Positions 43,847 to 53,720 of a stretch of DNA of 64,000 bases are shown in pieces. This DNA comes from an uncultured delta proteobacterium. Its GTDB lineage: Bacteria; Desulfobacterota; Binatia; JACPRU01. The stretch lies in NCBI GenBank assembly GCA_963745025.1, contig CAVUWD010000016.1, positions 96,001-160,000 of the forward strand. The letters are read 5' to 3'. Both the position numbers and the translations under genes were made by a program. Under the pieces are notes generated by a model. That model searched no databases and was not told where the DNA came from. It saw nothing but the letters and a program-made list of their open reading frames with translations. Every line of letters starts with the position of its first letter. Position 1 is the stretch's first letter.

Positions 43847-44415
43847 CAGATCGAAGCGGCCTTCTGTGGGATCCTGCACGACGCCCCGATCGCGTCGACT
43901 CCTAGCGCGTAGACGAGCCGACCGTAGCCGATGAAGACGCTCGTACGCCAGCCGAGCTCGACGATCTGCTCCTCGGTGTAGTGAACACGCAGCTCGGCGA
44001 AGATCTCGTCGAACGGCGCTCGCTTGTGCTCGCCTGCCATCGCATCGGCGAGCTGCATCGCCGCCTTCTCAGCCGGGGTGAAGAGCGGACTTTCGCGAAA
44101 GTTCGGAACGGCGTCCACCATCTCGTCGGTCAAACCTTGATGCCTCGCCGAGGCATACACGGCACCCCTTCAAAGGGTGCACGCGTTGTGCACCGCCACG
44201 GTGTGGCGGACGAGCTCGGTCAGCTTCACGCTGAGGCCGTTCCCGTCGGTCATGATGCGCGAGTAGTAGAACTTCACGAAGTCCTCGTAGAGCGCGGCCG
44301 GGTGACAGAAGTACTGGATCCACTCCGAGCCACCGAGCGCATCGTCGCTCGCCTGAACGATCGCCTGGATCTCGGGCTCCATCTTCTCGTAGGGGACCGG
44401 TGCGACTCTCGGCAT
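43846..44415 (-). CDS. AhpD/CMD-like selenoprotein 2 (189 aa, CxxU, Sec82 at UGA 44170-44172)
   Basis: ORFs 44170-44475 and 43846-44160 are in frame across one TGA: HNACTL-U-RGAVYASARHQGLTDE; GGGAGG RBS; SECIS-like hairpin. Confidence 0.88.
44128..44169 (-). promoter_or_regulatory. Bacterial SECIS-like element, gene 2
   Basis: UGA-13 nt-AUGCCUC-GGC-GAGGCAU-CAAGG. Confidence 0.8.
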
Positions 44416-44438
44416 TGCGACCTCCCTGGTGACGGAAG

Positions 44439-45005
44439 CTATTTCGCTCGATCGGCCGGCGTGGGCAGCGGGCACGTCTTACCGATCTCGAGACCGAGCG
44501 TGTAGATGAAACGTCCGTAGCCGACGAACGTCACGATTCGCCAGCCGAGGTCGACGATTTCGGCTTCCGTGAAGTGCTCGCGCAGCTCGTCGAAGAGCTC
44601 GGGGCCAGCTTGTCGATGGTCTCCCGCGAGCACCTCGGCGTAGCGTACCGCCGCCTTCTCGCGCGGGGTGAGGAGCTTGCTCGCGCGGTACCGCGGGAGC
44701 TCGGCGATCATCTCCTCGGTGAGGCCTTGTCGCGCTGCCAGCGCGAACCGGGCACCCTTTCAAAGCTGGCAGCCGTTGATCTCCGCGACTTTCAGACGCA
44801 CGAGCTCGGTGAGCTTCATGTCGACCGTGCCGCGCGTCTCCGTGATGAGCGGGAAGTAGAAGCGGATGAAGGACTTGAACACCTCGGGCGCATGGGCGAA
44901 TACGCGCACGAACTCCGACCCGCCGAGCTCGTCGTCATAGTCGCGCATGACCGCCTGAAGCTCGGAATCGACGGCGTCGAAGGGCAAGTAACTGACGTGC
45001 GGCAT
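44439..45005 (-). CDS. AhpD/CMD-like selenoprotein 1 (188 aa, CxxU, Sec82 at UGA 44760-44762)
   Basis: ORFs 44760-45044 and 44439-44711 are in frame across one TGA: INGCQL-U-KGARFALAARQGLTEE; ELVRLKVA, REKAAVRYAE and ELREHFTEAEIVDL are typical of the AhpD-like fold. Confidence 0.88.
44718..44759 (-). promoter_or_regulatory. Bacterial SECIS-like element, gene 1
   Basis: UGA-13 nt-UCGCGCU-GGC-AGCGCGA-CAAGG, with outer GGUG/CACC pairing. Confidence 0.8.
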
Positions 45006-45229
45006 GCGGATCCCTCTCTTGCGGCGAGACTTATCACCCGTCACCGATGGTCACAATCTCTTGTGAGGTCCGTGCGTATGGAATCATTACACCCCCGGAC
45101 CCGACGAGATCTCGCTCGCCTACAGCGAATCAAGGGAGCAACGCTTCGAACTCAGCGATCACTTCCTATCGGCCGATGGGTTCTCACCCTGGCAGCGGAC
45201 GTGCTAGGTCTGTGGCCGGGAGTCGAACA

Positions 45230-46213
45230 ATGCCAGAGCGTCAACTACGGATTCTCGAAGAGGGACAGGGGCAGTACCTGCCGGTCGACCCGGACGGCTT
45301 CCGCGATGCCACGGGGAAGAAGAGCCGCGCGCTCGTCTCGAAGCTCGTCAGCGCGCGCGAAGCGGTCGAGCGTTACGTCGCCGACGGCGACTACGTCGTG
45401 TGGGAGTGCAATTACCTCCAGCGCGGCCCGTCGGTGCTGATCCGCGAGATCGTCCGGCAGCGAAAGCGCCGGCTCTGGGCATGCGGCAAGTTCACCTGGG
45501 TGGCGATCGCGCTTCTCGTCGAGGCAGACTGCTGCGACCGCGCCGACATGGGCTTTTTCATGGGCGGCCCCGGGCTCAACCGAGCGGTGCTCGATGGCCG
45601 GCTCACCATCTACGAGTACAGCAACGTGGTGATGACCGCGCGGCTGCGCGCCGGCGCCATGGGCGCTACGTTCGTGCCGGTGCGCTCGCTCGGCGGCACC
45701 GACAACTTCCGCTACTCGGGCGCGAAGCTCATCGAGGATCCGTACACCGGCAAGCCCACCGTCGTGGTGCCAGCGCTGAACCCCGACGTCGCGCTGATCC
45801 ACGTCCACCAGGCCGACGTCTACGGCAACGCGCGGATCTTCGGTGCCGGCATCACCGACGTCGAGTCCGCGCTGGCGTCGAAGAAGGTCGTTCTCAGCGC
45901 CGAGGAGATCATCGACACCGAGGACATCCGCCACAACCCGGGCCTCACCAAGATCCCCTACTACGTCGTCGACGCCGTGGTGCATGCGCCGTTCGGCGCG
46001 TATCCGGGCGAGACCCCGGGTCGCTACGCCTCGGACACCGAGCACGTGGGCGAGGTCTTCCTGTCGATGCACTCCGGCAAGCTTGGCGAGTATCTCGAGA
46101 AGTGGGTGCGCTCGGTCGCCGACGATCGCGAGATGCTCGAGAAGCGGGTCGGCACCGCCAAGCTCGAATCGCTGCAACGGCGCTCGACGCGCAAGGAGGG
46201 GTTTCGGCCATGA
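45230..46213 (+). CDS. Family I CoA-transferase subunit A (glutaconate CoA-transferase-like)
   Basis: RLRAGAMG..FVPVRSLGGTD, PALNPDVALIHVHQADVYGN. Confidence 0.88.
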   Translation: MPERQLRILEEGQGQYLPVDPDGFRDATGKKSRALVSKLVSAREAVERYVADGDYVVWECNYLQRGPSVLIREIVRQRKRRLWACGKFTWVAIALLVEADCCDRADMGFFMGGPGLNRAVLDGRLTIYEYSNVVMTARLRAGAMGATFVPVRSLGGTDNFRYSGAKLIEDPYTGKPTVVVPALNPDVALIHVHQADVYGNARIFGAGITDVESALASKKVVLSAEEIIDTEDIRHNPGLTKIPYYVVDAVVHAPFGAYPGETPGRYASDTEHVGEVFLSMHSGKLGEYLEKWVRSVADDREMLEKRVGTAKLESLQRRSTRKEGFRP

Positions 46214-47106
46214 TCTCACGCGGACCTTGGAACGACGCCCCGAAGGCGGCGGCGTTCGCCGAGCGGGAGTTTCAGGTGTGCATCGCAGCGCGGCTCGTCG
46301 AGGACGCGCGTACCTACTGGGTGGCCGCGGGCGGAGGGCCGATGTACACGGTGCTGCTCGCCCGCCAGCTGTACGCGCCGAACGCGATCTACGTGACCGA
46401 GGACGGCATCGTCGCCGCCGAGCCCGTGCTGCCGCTCGACCCGGTGATGACCGTGGTGGCCGAGCGGCCGTCCTTTCGGGCCCTGCAGTGGACGACGATG
46501 AACGGCATCGGCGACCAGTGCGCGACCGGCTACATGGATTACGGAATCCTCAACACGCTGCAGCTCGACCCCTACGGCAACATCAACTCGACATGGGTCG
46601 GCCGTTATCCGCAGCAGGGCAAGCGCATCAACGGCCCGGGCGGCGCCGACACGATCGCCGCGCAGTGCCGGCGCGTGATGCTGCTCACCGACCACCACAA
46701 GCGGAAGTTCGTCGAGAAGGTCGACTTCGTCTCGTCGCCCGGCTTCCTCGACGGCTCGCCGGGGGCCCGCGAGCGGGCCGGGCTGCCTCGCGACACGGGT
46801 CCGTGGGCGGTCGTCACGAACTGGGCGGTATTCGACTTCGACGAGAACACGCATCGGCTGCGCCTGCGCGCGATCGCCCCGTTCGTGACGCTGGACCAGG
46901 TGCTCGGCGAGATGTCGTTCACCCCGGTGCTCGCCGACGCGATCGAAACGCTCGACGCGCCGACGGAGCGCGAGCTCGACGTGTTCCGTGCCGAGATGGA
47001 CACGCGCGGCCAATTCACCGACGCCAGCGACCACTGGATCATCCGCGAGGAGGATCGCTGGACGATGGTCGCCAAGGAGAAGCCGGCGGGCACCGGGCTC
47101 CTCTAA
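46210..47106 (+). CDS. Family I CoA-transferase subunit B
   Basis: YVTEDG, QLDPYGNINST, GPGGA, FVEKVDFVSSPG; ATGA coupling. Confidence 0.88.
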   Translation: MISRGPWNDAPKAAAFAEREFQVCIAARLVEDARTYWVAAGGGPMYTVLLARQLYAPNAIYVTEDGIVAAEPVLPLDPVMTVVAERPSFRALQWTTMNGIGDQCATGYMDYGILNTLQLDPYGNINSTWVGRYPQQGKRINGPGGADTIAAQCRRVMLLTDHHKRKFVEKVDFVSSPGFLDGSPGARERAGLPRDTGPWAVVTNWAVFDFDENTHRLRLRAIAPFVTLDQVLGEMSFTPVLADAIETLDAPTERELDVFRAEMDTRGQFTDASDHWIIREEDRWTMVAKEKPAGTGLL

Positions 47107-47231
47107 TTGAACGACATCGAGCTCGCCATCGCCGTCGAGCGCGCGGCTACGGCGCGGCGCTGCTTTTGCAATAAGCTTGCAGCTCGGGGCTCAGCCTGAA
47201 GTCGATCGCCATGGGGTCAGGCTCCTTGGAT

Positions 47232-48011
47232 TCAGGCAGAGCCGCCGTCGACCGCGATGACGGCCCCGGTCGTGAAGCTCGAAGCTCGGCTCGCTAGGTA
47301 GACCGCGGCCCCGACGATCTCCCCCGGCTCACCGCCGCGCTGCAGGGCGATCGCCGATTTCGCCCGGCGCTCGAAGGCCTCCATGTCCCAGGCCTTGCTG
47401 ATGTCGGTGAAGAATGGGCCGGCTTGGATGGCGTTCACTCGCACCTTGGGCGCAAGGGCGTGCGCGAATCCGACGGTCATCGCCTCGAGCCCGGCCTTGG
47501 CGGCGGCGTAGGGAATGACGTCCGGCGTCGGCCGCTTCGCCGCACCGCTGCTGATGTTGATGATCGATCCGCCGTCGCCGCGAGCCATGCGGCTGCCGAC
47601 CAGCGCGGTGAGGCGAAAAGGCCCTTTGAGATTCACGTCGAGCACCTTGTTCCAGAGCTCTTCGCTGACCGCGTCCACGCTCGGATAGACCGGGGACATG
47701 CCGGCGTTGTTGACCAGGATGTCGACCTTGCCGAAGTGCGCGTAGGCGGCATCGGCGAGCGCCTCGAGATCCTTCCACCGCCCGACGTGGCATGCCCGGC
47801 CGATAACGCGTCTGCCGGTCGTCTTGGCGATCTCCGCGGCGGCATCGTCGCAACTGTCTTGTTTGCGGCTGGCGATCACGACGTCGGCGCCGAGCTCGGC
47901 GAAGGCGAGGGCCATCTCGCGGCCGAGGCCACGGCTGCCTCCGGTGATGAGCGCGACTCTGCCCGTCAGGTCGAAGAGGTCGGTTGGTTTTGCGGTCTTC
48001 GATGGCGTCAT
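47232..48011 (-). CDS. Short-chain dehydrogenase/reductase
   Basis: TGGSRGLG, NNAG, YAAAK. Confidence 0.93.
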   Translation of the reverse strand: MTPSKTAKPTDLFDLTGRVALITGGSRGLGREMALAFAELGADVVIASRKQDSCDDAAAEIAKTTGRRVIGRACHVGRWKDLEALADAAYAHFGKVDILVNNAGMSPVYPSVDAVSEELWNKVLDVNLKGPFRLTALVGSRMARGDGGSIINISSGAAKRPTPDVIPYAAAKAGLEAMTVGFAHALAPKVRVNAIQAGPFFTDISKAWDMEAFERRAKSAIALQRGGEPGEIVGAAVYLASRASSFTTGAVIAVDGGSA

Positions 48012-48072
48012 GGCTCCATCCCCTCGCGGAACCGGTCGTCTCTAGGCAGTCATGAAGCGCGTCACGACGCAA

Positions 48073-48186
48073 GTGTAGGGGACGTTCTTAACCTTCGTAA
48101 CCTTCGCCGCGTTTCTCGCTTTCGTGAAATCCCGTTCGGAAGAGAGGCGCGACGAAGGTTACGAAGGTTAAGAACGTCCCCTACAC
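48073..48186. repeat. 114-bp palindromic element with 34-bp perfect inverted arms (REPIN/MITE-like)
   Basis: GTGTAGGGGACGTTCTTAACCTTCGTAACCTTCG at 48073-48106 and its exact reverse complement at 48153-48186. Confidence 0.85.
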
Positions 48187-48227
48187 CGCTGGAATTCTTC
48201 GAGTATTTACTCTAAGCGTAGTCACTC

Positions 48228-48980
48228 ATGAGGTATTCACTGCCGGAATTCGTACTGGCTTCCGGGGTTCCGGTCGATACCGTCCGCTACTATCAGACCC
48301 TCGGTCTGCTGCATCCGCCGCAGCACGAGGGGCGCAGCGCCGTCTACGAGGCCGCTCATCTCGATCGACTGCGGCTGATCCGCTCGATGTCGAAGCGCGG
48401 CCTGTCGCTCAAGGTGATCGGTATGCTGCTCAAGCGCGGCGGCGCAGGGCTCGAATCGGACCAAGCGTTGCTCACGGCGATCGAGGAAGAGGCGGCCGAG
48501 CCCTCGTACTCGCGCGCCGAGCTCGCGGCCGAGATCGGCGTTCCCCAATCCCTGTTGCTGTCGATCGAGAAGGCCGGGTTGGCCGAAGCACAGGAGCAGG
48601 AAGATGGCTCCACGCGCTACACCGAGTCCGACCTCAAGGCAGCGCGTGGCGCGCTCAAGCTCCTCGGATACGGCTTCCCGCTCACGCGGCTCCTGACGCT
48701 GGCGGTGCGACATCACCGCGCAACCCGCCGCTCGGTCGACGAGGCGATCGAGCTCTTCGACGCGCACGTCCGCAAGCGCAACGGTGCGCACGAGAATCCG
48801 GAGGACGTCGCTCGCGGGTTCAAGGAAATTCTGCCGCTGGTGACCGCCCTCGTCGCCCACCACTTCCAACGCCTGCTGATCAACCGGGCGCTAAAGCGAC
48901 TGAGGAAGAAGGGCGACCGCGACGCCCTGCAGGTGGCCGTCGAGGTGTCGGCCCGCACGCGGCTTGGGCTTCGCTGGTGA
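48228..48980 (+). CDS. MerR-family transcriptional regulator with two HTH modules
   Basis: SGVPVDTVRYYQTLGLL..GLSLKVI; second YSRAELAAEIGV..RYTESDL. Confidence 0.88.
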   Translation: MRYSLPEFVLASGVPVDTVRYYQTLGLLHPPQHEGRSAVYEAAHLDRLRLIRSMSKRGLSLKVIGMLLKRGGAGLESDQALLTAIEEEAAEPSYSRAELAAEIGVPQSLLLSIEKAGLAEAQEQEDGSTRYTESDLKAARGALKLLGYGFPLTRLLTLAVRHHRATRRSVDEAIELFDAHVRKRNGAHENPEDVARGFKEILPLVTALVAHHFQRLLINRALKRLRKKGDRDALQVAVEVSARTRLGLRW

Positions 48981-49696
48981 GCGCCGTGCTTCCACGAGCG
49001 GACGAGAAGCAAGCCCGAGTCGAGGCGATGTTCGATCGCATCGCGCATCGCTACGACCTCATGAACCGTCTGATGACGCTCGGCATCGACCGGGCCTGGC
49101 GGCGGACCACGATTGCCGCACTGCAGATCTCTCCGCGCGATCGTCTGATCGATCTCGCGTGCGGCACCGGCGATCTGGCGCTCGAGGGTGCGCGCGCGGG
49201 GGCGCGAGTGATCGGCTTCGACCTGTCGGCAGGCATGCTGCGCGAGGCGCGCGAACGCCGCATCGCCTGTGTGCTGGTACGGGGCGACGCGCTTTGTTTG
49301 CCGCTCGCCGATGCCTGCTGCGACGCCGTAGTCTCGGGCTTCGCGCTGCGGAACTTCGCGGATGTGGCCGTCGCGTTCGCGGAGGCCGCACGCGTCCTGA
49401 AGCCGGACGGGCGGTTGGCGCTCCTCGAGGTCGACACGCCGGGGAGCCGGCTCCTTCGCTGCGGTCATCGGCTCTACTTCCACCACGTCGTTCCGCTCCT
49501 CGGCCGGCTTCTCTCCGACGGCGACGCCTACTCCTACCTGCCGGCCTCGGTGGCGTACTTGCCGGCAGAGCGGGCCCTCCGCGAGATGCTCCAAGCCGCG
49601 GGCTTTCGGTCGATCGAGAAACGTCGGCTGTCGGGCGGCGTGGCCCAGCTCGTGACGGCTCGACGCAGCCGAGAGCGAGAGGACGACGGTGCGTGA
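48977..49696 (+). CDS. menG: Demethylmenaquinone methyltransferase
   Basis: MFDRIAHRYDLMNRLMTLGIDRAWRR, DLACGTGDL, GFALRN. Confidence 0.9.
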   Translation: MSAVLPRADEKQARVEAMFDRIAHRYDLMNRLMTLGIDRAWRRTTIAALQISPRDRLIDLACGTGDLALEGARAGARVIGFDLSAGMLREARERRIACVLVRGDALCLPLADACCDAVVSGFALRNFADVAVAFAEAARVLKPDGRLALLEVDTPGSRLLRCGHRLYFHHVVPLLGRLLSDGDAYSYLPASVAYLPAERALREMLQAAGFRSIEKRRLSGGVAQLVTARRSREREDDGA

Positions 49697-51008
49697 TCGG
49701 CTCCACAGCGCGCAGGAGCGCTCGAAGCTCCGGCCCGCGGAACTCCTGGCACTCGCCGGTGCGACTCCCGAAACGCCGATCTTCCATTTGGAAAAGCCGG
49801 TCGAAGGGCTCGCGCTGCTCGCGCTCGGCGCCGCTTGGGAAATCCGCACGTCGGGCGTGGAGCGATTCGGCGAGGCGTCGCGGGCGGCGATCGAAGCGCT
49901 CGCGCGGCTGCCGCGATCGACCGATCCGCGTTTCGGCCCGCTCGTGCTCGGCGGCTTCGGGTTCTCGGACGCGGATTGTCTCGAGCCGGGATGGCGTGAG
50001 TTCCCGTCCGCCCGGCTGTGGATCCCGGAGCTTCTCTGGGTTCGGCGCGGTGGCGAATGTCGACTGACGCGGATCTGGCGAGACGGAGCGCAGCGTGACA
50101 TCGAGCGGCGCTTGTACAGGGCGACCCAAGCGGCGTCTGGCGCGGCTGCGCACGGTGTGCGATCGGCGACGCGCGTTCGCCCCGATCCGGACGAGCGGCG
50201 TCGCTGGGGCGAGCGGGTCGAAGCCGCCTGCGCGCGGATCGCCGCGGGCGGGCTGGACAAGGTGGTGCTCGCCCGCCGCCGCGTGATGCATCTCGACCCG
50301 GCCGCGGAGCCCGTGGCGATCCTCCGCGCGGCGCGCCGCCGCCGCCCATCGTGCTTCAACTTCTGGATCGGCGGACGGGAGACGAGCTTCGTCGGATCGA
50401 GCCCCGAGCGGCTCGTCGCACTCGACGGCGACCGCTTCGTCGCGGGCGCGCTCGCCGGCTCGGCGCCGCGGGGGCGCCGTGTTGGCGAGGACGAGCGGCT
50501 GGGCGAAGCGCTGCTCGCCTGCCCGAAGAATCGCCGCGAGCACGAGCTGGTGGTCACCGCGGTGCGCGAATCCCTCGCCCCGGTCAGCGCCTCGTTGCGA
50601 GTCGGCGAGCACCCGACGTTGCGACGCCTCCCCGAAGCGCAGCACCTCACGACGCCGATCACCGGCCGGCTCGCGGAGCGCCTCACGGTCCTCGACCTCG
50701 CGGGGCTTCTTCATCCCACGCCCGCCGTGTGCGGCGTACCGCGCGACACCGCCCGTCGCCTGATCGAGCAGCAAGAACCGGGACGGGGATGGTTCACCGG
50801 CGCGGTCGGTTGGATGGCGGAAAATGGCGCGGGTGAGATCGCCGTCGCGCTCCGCTCGGTTCTCATCGATGGCGCTGCGGCCACCGTTTGGGCGGGTGCC
50901 GGAATCGTCAGTGGATCGAGCGCCGAAGCCGAGTTCTCCGAGACCGAGGCCAAGATGAGCGCTCTCTTCGAGACGCTCGCTGCCACCGCCGATGAGTACG
51001 CTGCGTAA
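49689..51008 (+). CDS. menF: Isochorismate synthase
   Basis: KVVLAR, FVGSSPERL, ALAGSAPRG, KNRREHELV, LHPTPAVCG. Confidence 0.9.
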   Translation: MRDRLHSAQERSKLRPAELLALAGATPETPIFHLEKPVEGLALLALGAAWEIRTSGVERFGEASRAAIEALARLPRSTDPRFGPLVLGGFGFSDADCLEPGWREFPSARLWIPELLWVRRGGECRLTRIWRDGAQRDIERRLYRATQAASGAAAHGVRSATRVRPDPDERRRWGERVEAACARIAAGGLDKVVLARRRVMHLDPAAEPVAILRAARRRRPSCFNFWIGGRETSFVGSSPERLVALDGDRFVAGALAGSAPRGRRVGEDERLGEALLACPKNRREHELVVTAVRESLAPVSASLRVGEHPTLRRLPEAQHLTTPITGRLAERLTVLDLAGLLHPTPAVCGVPRDTARRLIEQQEPGRGWFTGAVGWMAENGAGEIAVALRSVLIDGAAATVWAGAGIVSGSSAEAEFSETEAKMSALFETLAATADEYAA

Positions 51009-52764
51009 CCCGAACCGCCGCATGGGGCAGGCGATCGCCGAGGAGCTCGAGCGCTCGGGGGTCGTCAGCGCCTGCATCTCCCCGGGTTCGCGATCCACCC
51101 CGCTGGCGCTCGCCCTCGACGCCGCTCCCGGTATCCGAGTGTTCGTCGTGACCGACGAGCGATCGAGCGGCTTCTTTGCTCTCGGGCTCGCCCGCGAGGA
51201 GCGCCGACCGGTGGCGCTGCTCTGCACGTCGGGGACGGCGGCGGCGAACTATCTCCCGGCGATCGTCGAAGCGTCGCTCGCCCGGGTCCCGCTGATCGTG
51301 CTCACCGCCGATCGGCCGCCGGAGCTTCGCGACTGCGGCGCGCCGCAGACGATCGCTCAGGCGAGCCTGTTCGCCGGACACGTGCGCTGGAGCTTCGACG
51401 TGCCGGCTCCGACCGCGGGCGTCGATCTGGATCGTCTCTACCGCACGCTGGCGTGCCGCGCGGTCGCGGCGGCGCTGGAGTGGCCGGGCGGTCCCGTCCA
51501 TCTCAACCTGCCGATGCGCGAGCCGCTCCTCGACGTGGAAGAGGAAGTCACGATCGTCGCCGTGGAGCGGGGCGCCGCGGAGGCTCGACCGTTCACGACC
51601 GTGCACGCGGCGCGTGCGGTGACCGCGCCGCAGACGCTCGAGCGGTTGGCGCGGACGCTCGAGGAACGAGAGCGCGGGCTGATCGTCGGCGGCCCCGGCA
51701 CCGACGCTGCGGCGGCCGGTGAGATCGCGCTCCTCGCGCGGGCTCTCCGCTGGCCGATTCTCGCGGACCCGCTCTCGGGGCTGCGCTTCGGCTCGCACGA
51801 TCGCTCCGCGCTCGCCGATAGCTACGACGTCTTGCTGCGCGACCGCGAGTTCGCCGCAGCGCACGCTCCGGACGCGATCCTGCAGATCGGCTCGCTTCCC
51901 GCCTCCAAGCCGCTCGCGCAATTCCTCGGGGAGGCGCCCCGCAGCTGCCATGTGATGGTGGCGGCGCCCGGCAGCTGGCCCGATCCGCTTCACCGCGCGA
52001 CCGACGTCGTGCGCGCCGCTCCGCAGGAGCTCTGTGCGGCGCTCGCCGCGCGGCTCCCGGCGCGGCCGTCGACCTCTCCCTGGCTCGACGATTGGCTCGA
52101 GAGCTCCGTGGCGTTGAGAGCCGCGCTCGACGACGAGGTCGCGGCCGTCGACGAGGTGCTCGAGGGAAAGCTCTTCCCGCTGCTTTGCGACCGCCTGCCG
52201 GGGGAAAGCCTCGTGGTGTTGGGCAACAGCATGCCCGTGCGTGACGCCGACACCTTTCTCGGCTCGAGCGATCGCGCGCTTCGCTTTTGCGGCAATCGCG
52301 GCGCGAGCGGCATCGACGGCGTGACGTCCAGCGCGCTCGGGGCGGCGGCGGCGCGACGCGAGCCGACCGTCCTCGTGGTCGGCGACCTGAGCTTCCTCCA
52401 CGACCTCGGCGCGCTGCAGATCGCCGCGCGCTATGCGGTCCCGCTCCTCATCGTCGCGGTTCACAACGACGGCGGGGGCATCTTTTCGTTCTTGCCGCAG
52501 GCTCGGCTCGACGGTCCCTTCGAGGCGCTCTTCGGGACCCCGCACGGGCTCGAGCTGGAGCCCGCGGTCCGCATGTGCGGAGGACGTCACGTGCGGGTCG
52601 CCTCATGGCGGGGATTCGCGGCCGCGATCGACGCGGCGCTCGGCGAGCGCGAACTCTCCGTGGTCGAGCTCGCGAGTGACCGTGCGCGGAACCACACGCT
52701 CCGCGAACGGACGATCGCGGCGGCGCTCGCGCGCTGGCGGCGTCGCCGGGAGTACGCGGCGTGA
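50992..52764 (+). CDS. menD: SEPHCHC synthase
   Basis: SPGSRSTPL, DERSSGFFALGLA, CTSGTAAAN, NRGASGIDG, GDLSFLHD. Confidence 0.95.
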   Translation: MSTLRNPNRRMGQAIAEELERSGVVSACISPGSRSTPLALALDAAPGIRVFVVTDERSSGFFALGLAREERRPVALLCTSGTAAANYLPAIVEASLARVPLIVLTADRPPELRDCGAPQTIAQASLFAGHVRWSFDVPAPTAGVDLDRLYRTLACRAVAAALEWPGGPVHLNLPMREPLLDVEEEVTIVAVERGAAEARPFTTVHAARAVTAPQTLERLARTLEERERGLIVGGPGTDAAAAGEIALLARALRWPILADPLSGLRFGSHDRSALADSYDVLLRDREFAAAHAPDAILQIGSLPASKPLAQFLGEAPRSCHVMVAAPGSWPDPLHRATDVVRAAPQELCAALAARLPARPSTSPWLDDWLESSVALRAALDDEVAAVDEVLEGKLFPLLCDRLPGESLVVLGNSMPVRDADTFLGSSDRALRFCGNRGASGIDGVTSSALGAAAARREPTVLVVGDLSFLHDLGALQIAARYAVPLLIVAVHNDGGGIFSFLPQARLDGPFEALFGTPHGLELEPAVRMCGGRHVRVASWRGFAAAIDAALGERELSVVELASDRARNHTLRERTIAAALARWRRRREYAA

Positions 52765-53720
52765 TCCGGCGGCTTCAGGTTCGCGGCCGCACCGTCGAAC
52801 TCGCCGACGAAGGGGCGAGCGGCGCTCCTGCCGTCGTCCTTCTCCACGGCTTCACCGGCAGCAAGAACAGCTGGCGGACGCTCCGCCGGGAGTTGCGGGG
52901 ACGATACCACGTGGTGGCGATCGACCTTCCCGGGCATGGCGGCACGCCGGCCGCGCGCGATCGGCACGCCGACTCGCTCTGGCGCGCCGCCGATCTCGTC
53001 GTCCGAGCGCTTCAGGCAATCGCGGTCGAGCGGTTCTCGCTGGTCGGTTACTCGATGGGCGGACGGCTCGCGCTCGGGCTTGCGCTCGCGCATCCGCAGC
53101 GCGTCGAGCGCCTTCTCCTGGAGAGCGCGTCCCCGGGTCTCGCGGGGGCGGAGGAGCGCGCCGTGCGGCGTGACGCCGACGAGGGGCTCGCCCGTCTGCT
53201 CGATCGCGAAGGCATCTCGAGCTTCGTCCGGTCCTGGGAGCGGATGCCGCTCTTCGCAACCTTCGCGCGGCTGCCCGATGCCGTTCGCACGGACCTTCGG
53301 CGCCAGCGGCTCGCCTGCTCGCCGCGTGGCCTCGCCGCGTGTTTACGCGCGCTCGGTACCGGGAGCCAGCCCTGGCTCGGCAACCGGCTGAGCGAGCTCT
53401 CGCTCCCGGTGACGATCGTGGTCGGCAGCCGCGACGATAAGTTCCGCGCGATCGGCGCCTGGATGCGGAGCCGACTGCTCGCCGCGCGGCTCGAGATTGT
53501 GCCCGCCGCAGGGCACGCGCCACACCTCGAACGCCCGCAGCGGTACGGCGCGATCGTCGCGCAGTTCCTGAGCGTGGGCGATTCGGCAAAGGAGGACAAT
53601 CGATGCGCTGGGAAACGGTTCGTGAGTACGAGGACATCACCTTTCGGCGTGCCGAAGGCATCGCTCGGATCGCGATCAACCGCCCGGAGGTGCGCAATGC
53701 CTTCCGGCCGCAGACGGTGA
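52761..53720 (+). CDS. menH: SHCHC synthase (alpha/beta hydrolase)
   Basis: [37 protein letters not shown]. Confidence 0.9.
   Translation: MIRRLQVRGRTVELADEGASGAPAVVLLHGFTGSKNSWRTLRRELRGRYHVVAIDLPGHGGTPAARDRHADSLWRAADLVVRALQAIAVERFSLVGYSMGGRLALGLALAHPQRVERLLLESASPGLAGAEERAVRRDADEGLARLLDREGISSFVRSWERMPLFATFARLPDAVRTDLRRQRLACSPRGLAACLRALGTGSQPWLGNRLSELSLPVTIVVGSRDDKFRAIGAWMRSRLLAARLEIVPAAGHAPHLERPQRYGAIVAQFLSVGDSAKEDNRCAGKRFVSTRTSPFGVPKASLGSRSTARRCAMPSGRRR

Noticed and set aside
44170-44765. prfB-like +1 frameshift at CTT-TGA, present at both UGAs
   Set aside because: Homology continues in the same frame after the UGA and the shifted frames are not protein-like, so read-through fits better
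43846-45044. Four separate small genes or two pseudogenes
   Set aside because: The stop falls at the same catalytic codon in both paralogs and is followed by a conserved hairpin
48073-48186. CRISPR repeat or tRNA
   Set aside because: Only two inverted copies, no spacers, no cloverleaf
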